Shown here in pieces: positions 1-8,018 of a DNA stretch of 26,405 nucleotides. Origin of the DNA: a virus (taxonomy: Duplodnaviria > Caudoviricetes); IMG/VR virus record IMGVR_UViG_3300020045_004608, positions 1-26,405 of that record; one strand, 5' to 3'. The notes beneath the pieces were generated by a model. That model was not told the DNA's origin and ran no database searches. It saw only the letters and a list, made by a program, of their open reading frames with translations. The stretch's first letter is position 1. Each line of letters opens with the position of its first letter. The position numbers were made by a program, and so were the translations under genes.

Positions 1-380
1 ACCCGCTTGAACACAAGATAGTACTAGAGACCCTAATAGGCGAGGGCCAGTCGCAGGGGGTGGAGGGTATGACGGCGATAGGGGAGGTGATCCGCAACAG
101 GGCGAGGGAGCGCAAGATGTCGGCTTATGAGGTGGTACTACAGCGGAGCCAGTTTAGCTTCTGGAATGATCGGAGCAGGGCGCGCCGGTGGCTGTCTAAG
201 TATGCCAAGAGTGAGGACTATCAGAGGGCAGAGTTGGCTTGGGCGAGGTCGGAGCATAGCCGGTTGACTCAAGGGGCAAACATGTACTGGAATCCGGCCA
301 TGGCTAGTCCATCCTGGGCGAGTAAGGTTACTAAGACGGTTAAAATCGGGGCGCACCAGTTTGCGCGGGAGGGAGTATAA
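1..380 (+). CDS. SleB/Hydrolase_2-family cell wall hydrolase (lytic transglycosylase-like), 5'-truncated by the window edge
   Basis: The frame is open from base 3 (PLEHKIVLETLIGEGQSQGVEGMTAIGEVIRNR...). It shows the Hydrolase_2 pattern: T-x-x-GE with the catalytic Glu, then VIRNR, QFSFWN, GANMYWNP, PSWA and KIGAHQF. The ORF-track start at 60 is internal. Confidence 0.85.
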   Translation, partial: PLEHKIVLETLIGEGQSQGVEGMTAIGEVIRNRARERKMSAYEVVLQRSQFSFWNDRSRARRWLSKYAKSEDYQRAELAWARSEHSRLTQGANMYWNPAMASPSWASKVTKTVKIGAHQFAREGV

Positions 381-383
381 CCC

Positions 384-815
384 ATGCAGTTTAGAACCTT
401 CGAGCGGAAGTGTTTAGAGGTGGGCTTGGTTGCGCTTGATAGGGGTAAAGGACATTGGCAAGTGAAGGGTAAGCTGTTGGTTAACTTCTATCCAGACAAA
501 GGCACGATATATATTGCAGGGACAACTAAGGGGGTCTATGTAGAGGGGATTGAGCAGGTTATAAAGGCCACAGATACTTTGCCTGATGCGTTTTCTAGTG
601 AATGGTTTAAGAGGGAGGAAAGGAAGCAGAATACCAAGCATAAGCAGAGGTTGTTTAGAGCGCATCCGTACTGTCATATATGCGGGTTAAAGGTGGAGTA
701 CAAAGAGGCGAGTGTAGATCATATGATCCCGCTGTCAAAGGGCGGATTGAATAATGCCAATAACTTCAAACTGGCACATATCAGTTGTAATCAGGAGAGG
801 GGGAATAGGGTGTGA
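384..815 (+). CDS. HNH endonuclease with a small N-terminal domain
   Basis: C-terminal CHICG...SVDHMIPLSKGGLNNANNFKLAHISCNQERG is a standard HNH motif. SD GGAG lies upstream. Confidence 0.9.
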   Translation: MQFRTFERKCLEVGLVALDRGKGHWQVKGKLLVNFYPDKGTIYIAGTTKGVYVEGIEQVIKATDTLPDAFSSEWFKREERKQNTKHKQRLFRAHPYCHICGLKVEYKEASVDHMIPLSKGGLNNANNFKLAHISCNQERGNRV

Positions 816-934
816 CGAGAGACGAGTACGAGGCACTGGCTATGGACTACAGCGAGGGACGGCTGGACTGGGTTGGATTCCGCAATGCCGTGGTGGATGC
901 ACTTACGAGGGAGAAGGAGGGGGAGAATGGATAA
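812..934 (+). CDS. hypothetical protein, 40 aa (MTRDEYEALAMDYSEGRLDWVGFRNAVVDALTREKEGENG)
   Basis: Translated by hand. The GTG overlaps the HNH stop (GTGA) after a G-rich SD, and the ORF fills the gap. Confidence 0.6.
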   Translation: MTRDEYEALAMDYSEGRLDWVGFRNAVVDALTREKEGENG

Positions 935-1016
935 TAAACATCGTGTCTGGTGTACTTGGTTTATGAACATGGTGTGTAACTGTCCTGAGCGATTGACGGA
1001 GGTGGGGAATGGGTAA
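927..1016 (+). CDS. 29-aa micro-protein with an H-x3-C-x7-C-x-C possible Zn site
   Basis: Translated by hand: MDNKHRVWCTWFMNMVCNCPERLTEVGNG. Strong SD (AAGGAGGGGGAG); overlaps both neighbours. Confidence 0.5.
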   Translation: MDNKHRVWCTWFMNMVCNCPERLTEVGNG

Positions 1017-1209
1017 GGACGGCGGGAACGCTTTCCCTGATGTTATGGGGAATAATTCGGGGCTTACCAAGCGCGAGTGGTTGGCTGGGTTGGCGATGCA
1101 GGGGCTTATAGTTCACGGTACCTTCATGCATGAGACGGCTGAGAAAGCCGTGAAGTATGCCGATGCACTACTGAAAGAGTTGGGGAAGGAGGGGCCAGAT
1201 GCAGTATAA
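1009..1209 (+). CDS. conserved small phage protein of unknown function
   Basis: GGNAFP...GLTKREWLAGLAMQGL...AVKYADALL matches the widespread phage 'GMTLRDYFAAKAMQG' family. SD GGAGGTGG. Confidence 0.75.
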   Translation: MGKDGGNAFPDVMGNNSGLTKREWLAGLAMQGLIVHGTFMHETAEKAVKYADALLKELGKEGPDAV

Positions 1210-1405
1210 GGACTTTACAGAGTTCCTGTATGACAAGTTCGACAAGGAGGACACATACAATTCCTTCCTTGCCCACGACTCACCAGAGAAGTTCGATGAA
1301 TGGGTTGTGGAGGTCGATGTAGACAGTCTTATTAAGTGGGCGGATGAGTTTGCACAACATCAGGTGGCTAAAGCATTGGAGGGGGTTACACATGGAGGGG
1401 GTTAA
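1199..1405 (+). CDS. hypothetical protein
   Basis: Coupled ORF with SD AAGGAGGGG; acidic, 68 aa. Confidence 0.65.
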   Translation: MQYKDFTEFLYDKFDKEDTYNSFLAHDSPEKFDEWVVEVDVDSLIKWADEFAQHQVAKALEGVTHGGG

Positions 1406-1619
1406 AGCGCGGGTGGCGGAGATAATCGCAAGCAATCATGCGACTTGTTGTCGGACTGATTATTGTGAGAACTCAACGGCGGATGAGGTTGAGGCCATTG
1501 TGGAGTTGGTCAGGGGGTTGGTGCCAGAGGAGAGCAAGTCTACTTGTGTTTGTGATAGAGACGGTTGTTGGAATGACTGCCGTGACCTTATGTTGAAGCG
1601 GTTAGATGTGGGGGAGTGA
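1392..1619 (+). CDS. hypothetical Cys-rich protein
   Basis: Start moved to the ATG at 1392 (MEGVK...), which follows SD GGAGGGGG. Contains CC-x4-C and C-x-C-x4-C-x3-C clusters. Confidence 0.6.
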   Translation: MEGVKARVAEIIASNHATCCRTDYCENSTADEVEAIVELVRGLVPEESKSTCVCDRDGCWNDCRDLMLKRLDVGE

Positions 1620-1804
1620 TGAGCAAGCCGAGTAATTGCAAACACGAACGGAACCCAGCTTGGTGCGTTGAGTGTCGGTATCGGTCTGGGACGGAACGCG
1701 ACTACGAGGACAACCCCATAGACGCTGTTGAGGAGATGAACAGGGCAAAGGGCAGGATGAACAGCATCCCTGACCCGAAGTTTAGAAAGCGGTCTGCCCC
1801 CTGA
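1619..1804 (+). CDS. hypothetical protein (C-x-H-x6-C-x2-C, possible Zn binding)
   Basis: TGATG overlap with the upstream stop; SD GGGGGAG. Confidence 0.6.
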   Translation: MSKPSNCKHERNPAWCVECRYRSGTERDYEDNPIDAVEEMNRAKGRMNSIPDPKFRKRSAP

Positions 1805-1846
1805 CCGACCCCTCCGACAACTTCTTACACCCGACACAATGCCACA

Positions 1847-1978
1847 CTAGAAGCCCCTCCTTTTCCGTTCATCATAGACAATCGCCCTCAACTGCCCCAC
1901 CCTCATATGCGAGAACACCCCATCTGGCCACCAGTAGCGCAGGGTTGCCAATGCTTTCGCGCGCGTGGGCTTATACAT
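1847..1978 (-). CDS. hypothetical basic protein, 43 aa (MYKPTRAKALATLRYWWPDGVFSHMRVGQLRAIVYDERKRRGF)
   Basis: Translated by hand. TGATG coupling to the upstream minus-strand ORF; the minus strand is G-rich here, like the coding strand of the neighbouring genes. Confidence 0.6.
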   Translation of the reverse strand: MYKPTRAKALATLRYWWPDGVFSHMRVGQLRAIVYDERKRRGF

Positions 1979-2103
1979 CACGACAACGCAATAATAACAA
2001 TCGCCGCAGCACACCAAGACATCGCCGCTTCGTGATTACCAGCGCAAGCCCATAAGATGGCAAATGAAACACACACAAGGGCATAGAAAAACTGCTTATC
2101 CAT
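1978..2103 (-). CDS. 41-aa membrane micro-protein with two hydrophobic segments
   Basis: Translated by hand: MDKQFFYALVCVSFAILWACAGNHEAAMSWCAAAIVIIALS. TGATG overlaps at both ends. Confidence 0.6.
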   Translation of the reverse strand: MDKQFFYALVCVSFAILWACAGNHEAAMSWCAAAIVIIALS

Positions 2104-2282
2104 CACCGCACCTGCTCCCCATGATTGCGTCCACCCTTGCGCCTCTCCATGCTCGCAAATATCTCATTAACCCCCTCAATCACCGACCGCGCTTTGTTGT
2201 ACTCCATCGGGTCATGCAACTCGATGAAGTTAACCAAGTCCTTTGCTCTCTGGTACGCTTCAATATGCGGGTTAATCCTCAT
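2103..2282 (-). CDS. hypothetical protein, 59 aa
   Basis: The ATG at 2282 (MRINPHIEAY...) follows SD-like GGAAAGGGG and is in frame with ORF-track 2103..2327. Confidence 0.6.
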   Translation of the reverse strand: MRINPHIEAYQRAKDLVNFIELHDPMEYNKARSVIEGVNEIFASMERRKGGRNHGEQVR

Positions 2283-2306
2283 GCCTCGCCCCTTTCCATA
2301 GCCAGT

Positions 2307-2312
2307 ATTATA
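2307..2312 (-). promoter_or_regulatory. putative sigma70 -10 box (TATAAT) for the minus-strand mini-operon
   Basis: A perfect TATAAT on the minus strand about 25 nt upstream of the ATG at 2282. No good -35 element at 17 bp spacing. Confidence 0.4.
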
Positions 2313-2396
2313 GGACATTAGAGTCATAACTATATGAGAGACATAGACTTAGAGCGCATGATGTTGATGTATATGCTCATGATTGATGATGACTAA

Positions 2397-2431
2397 GGGG
2401 CCGGGGGGAGGGGAAATGGGGGGCTGTGGGG
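2397..2431 (+). other. G-tract cluster (G4-CC-G6-A-G4-AAAT-G6-CTGT-G4) with G-quadruplex potential; candidate packaging/terminus signal
   Basis: Five runs of at least 4 G in 35 nt of non-coding DNA upstream of the terminase operon, followed by CCCTCCCAAATTTT. Confidence 0.45.
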
Positions 2432-2533
2432 TGATGAGAATAGGCTCCCTCCCAAATTTTAACATTCATATAGGAACTACCTTTTGATTAACAACACTAA
2501 CCTGATGGCCGCTGATGCTCAACCTGCTTAAGA

Positions 2534-2568
2534 ATCAAGATACCGTAACTGTATATCAAGATACAGTA
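2534..2568. repeat. direct repeat ATCAAGATAC(C/A)GTA x2, 21 bp apart, overlapping the inverted repeat ACTGTAT-N6-ATACAGT
   Basis: Copies at 2534-2547 and 2555-2568; palindrome arms at 2548-2554 and 2561-2567; about 40 nt upstream of the first late gene. Confidence 0.6.
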
Positions 2569-2609
2569 GACATTAGTATTAATCCTTATTCGATAGGAAG
2601 GCGCGCAGA

Positions 2610-2933
2610 GTGATTAGTGTCGCAGACATAGAGCGCGAAGTCTCATACCAACAAGCCATCGAGGTCATAGACCGCCTCGCAGCTCTCTACATCGGGCATA
2701 AGCAGGCCAAGGACTATGACAAGTCAGACTATATCCGCAGGGAGATGTGCGCCCTGGGCTTTGAGGTCAGCGACAAGAACAAGATTACTGACAAGGCTTA
2801 CTTAGAGCGCGTGTTGGGGGCGGAGATTGTAAATAGGCCAACGCGGCCAGAAACAAAGTATGTTGAGGTGGTGTACTACAAGGTTGTAGATGGTCGACCA
2901 GTCTACTTTGCAAAGAACTATTGGTATGAGTGA
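2610..2933 (+). CDS. small protein resembling the C-terminal anticodon-binding domain of cysteinyl-tRNA synthetase
   Basis: IDRLAALYIGHKQAKDYDKSDYIRREMCALGFEVSD aligns without gaps to the CysRS C-terminal pattern (IEALIxxRxxARKAKDWxxADxxRDxLxxxGIxLED, recalled from memory). GTG start after AGGAAGG; overlaps the terminase start. Confidence 0.6.
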   Translation: MISVADIEREVSYQQAIEVIDRLAALYIGHKQAKDYDKSDYIRREMCALGFEVSDKNKITDKAYLERVLGAEIVNRPTRPETKYVEVVYYKVVDGRPVYFAKNYWYE

Positions 2934-4548
2934 GCAGGATGTAGTAACACCAGAGATTATAGACCCCGCCCCAAGCGCTTCATCCCCCGCACCAGACGGC
3001 ACGCCCTACAAGTATCCCAAAGACTACGAGGGCAATGTAGACTACCGACTCCGCTTGATGCTGAAGCTCGCCAACAACCCCCGCATGAAGCTCATCGTGA
3101 ATGATTTGTGCAGGGAGGACATATTGTTCTGGGTGAACACGTTTACTGCCACCTACAACCCGCGCAAAAACCCTAGCACGATTCCATTCATCACCTACGA
3201 GTACGAGGACAAGTTGATTCTAGACATCGTAGACAGCATCAAGAATCAGAAGGACATCCTCATCGACAAGAGTAGGGACATGGGGGTCACATGGTGTGTG
3301 CTGTTGGTGTTCACCTGGTTCTGGCAGTTCCACGGTGAGGGCTATGACTTTCTCTGCGGCTCGCGCAAGGAGCAGTACATTGATGGCATTGGCAACATGG
3401 ACACCCTGATGGAGAAGATCAGGTTCCTGATACGCAATCAACCCAAGTGGATGAGGCCAGCGGGCTTTGATTGGAAGCGCGATAGTAACTACATGAAGAT
3501 TGTGAATCCAGAGAGTAAGGCTACCATCACAGGAGAGGCAACCAATGCTAATTTTTCAAGGTCTGGTAGACGCCGCGCAATCTTCTTTGACGAGTTCGCC
3601 TTCTGGGAAACGGACTCGGAAGCGTGGAGAGCGTCAGCCGATTCAACTAATTGTAGAATCGTCGTGTCCACACCTTGCGGATTCAACAACCAGTTTGCGA
3701 AACTCCGACATAGCGGCAGCATCCCAGTGCGATCACTCCACTGGACTCTTCACCCAGAGAAAGACCAAGCGTGGTATGACAACGAGTGCAAGAGGCGCAA
3801 CAATGATAAGGTTGAGATAGCGCAGGAGCTGGACATTAACTATGAGGGCAGCGCAGAGGGTGTGCTGTTTGAGTTCAGCGAGTTGAAGAAGGGGACGACC
3901 AATGAGCCGATGTTGTCACCCGACCGCACAGTGGTGGCACTCGATCCCGCCGGTGAAGGGGAGGACGAAGCCGTGTTCTATGTGAGTAACAACGGACAAA
4001 TCATCGAGCGCAAGTTCATAGCCACTAGCACCGATCCACAGCTCGCCACAGAATCCATCATGTTAATCAACAAGTATAACGCGCAAGTATTCATCTCAGA
4101 CAGTATCGGAAACTCTGTTGCCGACCTCGTAACTCAAATACTCGGGAATAATCCCAAACAAGTCAAAGTCATCAAGTTTAAATCATCTGAGAAGTCCAAA
4201 GACCCCAGTTACTTCAACATGCGCGATGAGGTGTATCACAAAGCAGCGTTGGCCATGAAGAGCGGAAATGTGCAGGTGGATGATGACTACACCCTGATGA
4301 AGCAGCTCAATGCGACAAAGTACGAAAAAGACAACGGTCGCATATTCATCAGCTCCAAAGAGAAGATTAAGGATGCCATCAGCACATCTCCTGACCGTGC
4401 TGATGCATGGGTTCTAGCAGTCCACGGTCTCAAGTTCACACACAGCAGGCGGGAGGTGTTGCAGCATGAGGGGTATCGGCAAGTTGTCCATCACGAAGAG
4501 GTTCGCTCTGGTGAGGAATATGGCTCCTGGGGAGATGTCATTGACTGA
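2926..4548 (+). CDS. terL: terminase large subunit
   Basis: Walker A-like IDKSRDMGVTW, Walker B IFFDEFAF, coupling motif VSTP, and RNase H-like nuclease motifs VALDPAGEGED and SPDRADA. Likely start is the ATG at 2926, overlapping the upstream gene. Confidence 0.93.
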   Translation: MSEQDVVTPEIIDPAPSASSPAPDGTPYKYPKDYEGNVDYRLRLMLKLANNPRMKLIVNDLCREDILFWVNTFTATYNPRKNPSTIPFITYEYEDKLILDIVDSIKNQKDILIDKSRDMGVTWCVLLVFTWFWQFHGEGYDFLCGSRKEQYIDGIGNMDTLMEKIRFLIRNQPKWMRPAGFDWKRDSNYMKIVNPESKATITGEATNANFSRSGRRRAIFFDEFAFWETDSEAWRASADSTNCRIVVSTPCGFNNQFAKLRHSGSIPVRSLHWTLHPEKDQAWYDNECKRRNNDKVEIAQELDINYEGSAEGVLFEFSELKKGTTNEPMLSPDRTVVALDPAGEGEDEAVFYVSNNGQIIERKFIATSTDPQLATESIMLINKYNAQVFISDSIGNSVADLVTQILGNNPKQVKVIKFKSSEKSKDPSYFNMRDEVYHKAALAMKSGNVQVDDDYTLMKQLNATKYEKDNGRIFISSKEKIKDAISTSPDRADAWVLAVHGLKFTHSRREVLQHEGYRQVVHHEEVRSGEEYGSWGDVID

Positions 4549-4738
4549 AGCCATCGGCCACCACCTCCCCGACCCCTTCTACGACAACTACCAAGCAGAG
4601 GCGTTTGCTTGTGATGCTATGATGGATAAAATGGCCGAATTAGAAGGGGAGTACATTCCCATCATCATTGATAAAGCTTTCCTTCGCAAGATGATCCACA
4701 GTCACCTCCTATATATAAGACGCATTGAGAGGGAGTAG
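4535..4738 (+). CDS. hypothetical protein between terL and portal
   Basis: The ATG at 4535 (MSLTEAIG...) follows GGGGAG and overlaps the terL end; the ORF stops 2 nt before the portal start. Confidence 0.6.
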   Translation: MSLTEAIGHHLPDPFYDNYQAEAFACDAMMDKMAELEGEYIPIIIDKAFLRKMIHSHLLYIRRIERE

Positions 4739-4740
4739 AG

Positions 4741-6912
4741 TTGCCAACTGATGTAAAGCCCCAAGAGCTTACCGAGAGCATTTCCCCCGAGGGTTCAGAA
4801 CGTCATGAGTTTATCCGCAAACTTGCCGCAAAAGTGCGTCAGGATGACCAAGATAGACAGGTTTGGAAGGATAAGCAGGTGGTGGCGTATAATGCTCGAC
4901 TGGGCTTGAAGCGGCGTACCAACCGCCCGTACCCCGGAGCCGCAGAGGTTCCCATCCCCATCACGGACAAGTTCATCACAAAGCTGAAGAGTATGTTCGT
5001 CAGCGTTGCCACCCTCATGAAGAAACAGATAGTGGTCACCATTGATGATGGAGAGGCGGTCACGCCTGAGACCAAGATGAGTGCGGAGCGCATAGAGCGG
5101 GCGCTGAACAACTTGGTTAAGAAGCGCGACTTCGGCTGGGCCAAGAAGGTCACCCTGTTCGTAGACTACTTCCTTGAGAACGGCCATGCAGTGTTCAAGG
5201 TGATTGAGAAGTTTCACAGTAAGACCATCAACCGCACCATAAACATGGCTGACAACTATTCCCCTGAAGACCTGAAGGTGCTTAAGTCCATGAAGAAGGA
5301 GGAGCTACGGCTCATTCTGGCTCAGCGGGAAGAGATGAACCCCACCGACAAGGATGATCTGAAACAGATTGATAAGGCCATAGAGCAGTTCAAGGGTGGG
5401 AAGAAGACCCTCACCTTCACCAAGAAAGAGATTTACAGTGAGCCGACCGTCATCCCCGAGAGAGGGCTCCGTATCATTGTCCCCTCCAGTGGTACGGAGA
5501 CCCAGAGGCTCCCCCGCATCTGTCATGACATGTGGATGGGGTATGAGGAGCTGAGGAATCTGGGTAAGAATGGGATATATGACATGGCCACGGTGGAGAG
5601 CTTGAACCCCGAGGGTGGGACTACCGATGATGCCTTGACCAATTCCAGCTGGGCTATCAGCGAGGGCGTAACTACCTTGGATGTGAGGGGTGAACTGTTC
5701 AACGTGCGCGAGTGCCAAGCCTGGTACAAGAATGAGAAGTGGGTGTTTGCTTGGATAGAGCAGGCGGGTGAGAACAGTGATAAGGATGGGAATAACATCC
5801 CGTCCATCAGGGTGCTGCAGGAGCTCCCACTCCCCTATGACCATGGCATGTGGACATACGTTAAGCATGACTATGAGGTCAAGAACACGCGCTGGTACTC
5901 CAGCCGAGGTGTCCCTGAGAAGATCAGAGGGCTCCATCAGACCATAGAGAAGATGTACAATGCTAGGCTCATCCGGGACGAACTCAACAACGCTCCCATG
6001 TGGAGGGTGAGTAAGCAGCTGGGCATGGCGGGGGACGAGATCAGGATGAGACCCGGCCAAGTCATTCAGGGCGAGGCCGGTGAGATAGAGATGTTGAACA
6101 AGGGCATCACCACGGATGTAAGCTCTGAGCGGCTTGAGCAGCAAGCCAAAGCTTATGCCGAAGAGTACCTGTCCATAGCAGACTTTACCAATGCCAATGC
6201 CGTGAACCAAAAGTCCCCGCGCACCGCAACTGAGATTCAGGCCGTCACCCAGGCCACCACTCGCCAAGTGAACATGGACATAGCCCTGTTCCTCGACACC
6301 CTATCCGAGGTGGCCAACCACATGTACCTCATTACCAAACAGGCGGTGGATCGCCCCATCAAGGTGGGCGGGGTCATGTTGCGCCCTGAGGACTTCTTAG
6401 TCAAGGTCATCGTGAGCTGGGCTGGTAGCTTGGATGCCACAGACTCCCAGATGCAAATGGGCAAGGCCATCCAACGTATGCAGACCGTAGTCAGCTACGG
6501 CCAGCCCATAGGCATTGTGACCCCCACCAATATCTTCAATATGTTGCAGGACTACATAGATGCTGACCCAGATGTGGATGTCAGCAGCAAGTACATCACC
6601 GCCCCTCAGCAGGCCAGCATGGATCAGATGAGTCAGCAGCAGGAAGAGATCGTCAGGATGCTCAATGGGTTCGATGTGCCTGTGAGCCCAGACGATGACG
6701 ATAACATCCACATACAGGTCATTGAGCAGTGGGCCTCAACCCCACAAGGTGCCCGCGCCATGCAGGAACCCTCTATCGCCCAGCTAGTGATGAAACACAG
6801 CCAACTTCACATCCAATCGGAGCAAATGAAAAATGGTATCAAAGCGCAAAATGCCGCCGGTAGCCAAGGGGCGCAAGGCGACCCCCGCTCAGCCCGCGCA
6901 AGACAAGCCTAA
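4741..6912 (+). CDS. portal protein (podovirus P22/SU10-like type)
   Basis: 723 aa, downstream of terL. Shows SRGVPEKIRGLHQTIEKMYNARL...NNAPMW, RPGQVI, RTATEIQ and a Q-rich C-terminus with DDDDNIHIQ. TTG start after GAGGGAG. Confidence 0.88.
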   Translation: MPTDVKPQELTESISPEGSERHEFIRKLAAKVRQDDQDRQVWKDKQVVAYNARLGLKRRTNRPYPGAAEVPIPITDKFITKLKSMFVSVATLMKKQIVVTIDDGEAVTPETKMSAERIERALNNLVKKRDFGWAKKVTLFVDYFLENGHAVFKVIEKFHSKTINRTINMADNYSPEDLKVLKSMKKEELRLILAQREEMNPTDKDDLKQIDKAIEQFKGGKKTLTFTKKEIYSEPTVIPERGLRIIVPSSGTETQRLPRICHDMWMGYEELRNLGKNGIYDMATVESLNPEGGTTDDALTNSSWAISEGVTTLDVRGELFNVRECQAWYKNEKWVFAWIEQAGENSDKDGNNIPSIRVLQELPLPYDHGMWTYVKHDYEVKNTRWYSSRGVPEKIRGLHQTIEKMYNARLIRDELNNAPMWRVSKQLGMAGDEIRMRPGQVIQGEAGEIEMLNKGITTDVSSERLEQQAKAYAEEYLSIADFTNANAVNQKSPRTATEIQAVTQATTRQVNMDIALFLDTLSEVANHMYLITKQAVDRPIKVGGVMLRPEDFLVKVIVSWAGSLDATDSQMQMGKAIQRMQTVVSYGQPIGIVTPTNIFNMLQDYIDADPDVDVSSKYITAPQQASMDQMSQQQEEIVRMLNGFDVPVSPDDDDNIHIQVIEQWASTPQGARAMQEPSIAQLVMKHSQLHIQSEQMKNGIKAQNAAGSQGAQGDPRSARARQA

Positions 6913-7261
6913 GACCACCTCAGCCGAGGTCTTGATAGAGCAGAATGGCCGGTTGGTCGAAGAACTCTACCAGTCCAAGGTGTGGGTAGAGATCATAAAG
7001 CCCCTGATAGACGAATCCATCGCCAGTGTGTGTGGCCGCTTTACCAATGGTCGCTACTGGCACGGTGGCCTCACCACCAAGTGGGCAGCCAACGAACCCC
7101 TCTTCTACGCCGCCTACCAGAAGGCTCTAATGGACTTCAACAACAATCTCAATGACTTTGTACTAGCCAAGGAGAAGCTACTGGCGGCCAAGAAGGCAGA
7201 GAAGGCGGACAAAGATGCACCCATATATAACCCGTTCATGGAGCCAGACAGTGAAAACTAA
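6833..7261 (+). CDS. conserved portal-adjacent hypothetical protein
   Basis: Helical protein (ELYQSKVWVEIIKPLI...) at the usual post-portal position. Start uncertain. Confidence 0.6.
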   Translation: MVSKRKMPPVAKGRKATPAQPAQDKPKTTSAEVLIEQNGRLVEELYQSKVWVEIIKPLIDESIASVCGRFTNGRYWHGGLTTKWAANEPLFYAAYQKALMDFNNNLNDFVLAKEKLLAAKKAEKADKDAPIYNPFMEPDSEN

Positions 7262-7397
7262 CGGAAAATTCATGGTTGACGCAATGTCACCAGACGGACC
7301 AATTACTAAGGAAGACATTGAGTCTGCAATGCGGTGGCTATATAACCACGATGGTGTTGTGATTCGTGGAATTTGGGAAGTAAAGGAGATTGAGTAG
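7251..7397 (+). CDS. hypothetical protein
   Basis: The GTG at 7251 follows GGAG and is in frame with ORF-track 7215..7397; coupled to the next gene. Confidence 0.45.
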   Translation: MKTNGKFMVDAMSPDGPITKEDIESAMRWLYNHDGVVIRGIWEVKEIE

Positions 7398-7588
7398 TGA
7401 CAACTAAACTAGCGATCAAGAAGATAATCGAGAGTATGAAGGGCATAGATAAGGTTAAGAAGTCGGTGACCATACCCTCGCCCCGGACTCAGTTTGAGAA
7501 CAAGCTGCACAGGGAGAGGGACATGCGGCAGGAGGCTATGGACATGGGGGCACACCAAGCTAAAGAATACTTTGAGAAGGGTGAGTGA
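7397..7588 (+). CDS. hypothetical protein
   Basis: TAGTG overlap; SD AAGGAG. Confidence 0.6.
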   Translation: MTTKLAIKKIIESMKGIDKVKKSVTIPSPRTQFENKLHRERDMRQEAMDMGAHQAKEYFEKGE

Positions 7589-7806
7589 TGGGCGGCCAAT
7601 TTGACCATGAGAGTACGCGGCAGAACTTCGAGTGGCACCGTGAACGAGCCTTGCGGGAGCGTGGGGGCAAGAACCCAGAAGGTGTCAACCGCATGGTGTA
7701 CAACCTAAAGGCCGTGGAGGCTAAGCATGGAGTCAAGGCCGCCAACGAACTGGCCAAAGAGCTTACCAGCAAGGCGAAGTCCAAGGATAGGAAGCACTTC
7801 ACTTGA
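7588..7806 (+). CDS. hypothetical basic protein
   Basis: TGATG overlap; 72 aa. Confidence 0.6.
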   Translation: MGGQFDHESTRQNFEWHRERALRERGGKNPEGVNRMVYNLKAVEAKHGVKAANELAKELTSKAKSKDRKHFT

Positions 7807-8018
7807 TACCCAAGGGCTTACTGGACGAGATACGCCGCTGGATCAAGGAGGGTCTCTATGGCCACCTGCAAATCAACTTCTCTGGTGGCAAGATAATGTC
7901 CGTCAACAGGGTTCAAACCTGCAAGGTCGAGATGCTCATCATTACCACCAACGTTGACTCAAATGGTCAACTTGCAGGGGATGCTAATATAAGTTTATCG
8001 GGTACTGGGAACCCTTGA
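7803..8018 (+). CDS. DUF2292/YezD-like small protein
   Basis: EIRRWIKEGLYGHLQINFSGGKIMSVNRVQTCK resembles the DUF2292 pattern (helix, then YG-x-h-x-h-x-h-x-x-GK-h-h-x-h). TTGA overlap. Confidence 0.5.
   Translation: MIPKGLLDEIRRWIKEGLYGHLQINFSGGKIMSVNRVQTCKVEMLIITTNVDSNGQLAGDANISLSGTGNP

Noticed and set aside
2064-2321. 85-aa plus-strand ORF, and the minus-strand ORF 1460-1837
   Set aside because: Both lie opposite coupled genes with clear SDs and go against the local strand skew.
2549-2566. LexA SOS box (CTGT...ACAG)
   Set aside because: The spacer is 10 nt rather than the canonical 8; kept only as a generic palindrome.
5305-6267. 320-aa minus-strand ORF (also 4795-5217, 10759-11322, 12320-12847 and similar)
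   Set aside because: These are antisense shadows of well-supported genes, with no recognisable motif or SD, and are expected from codon bias.
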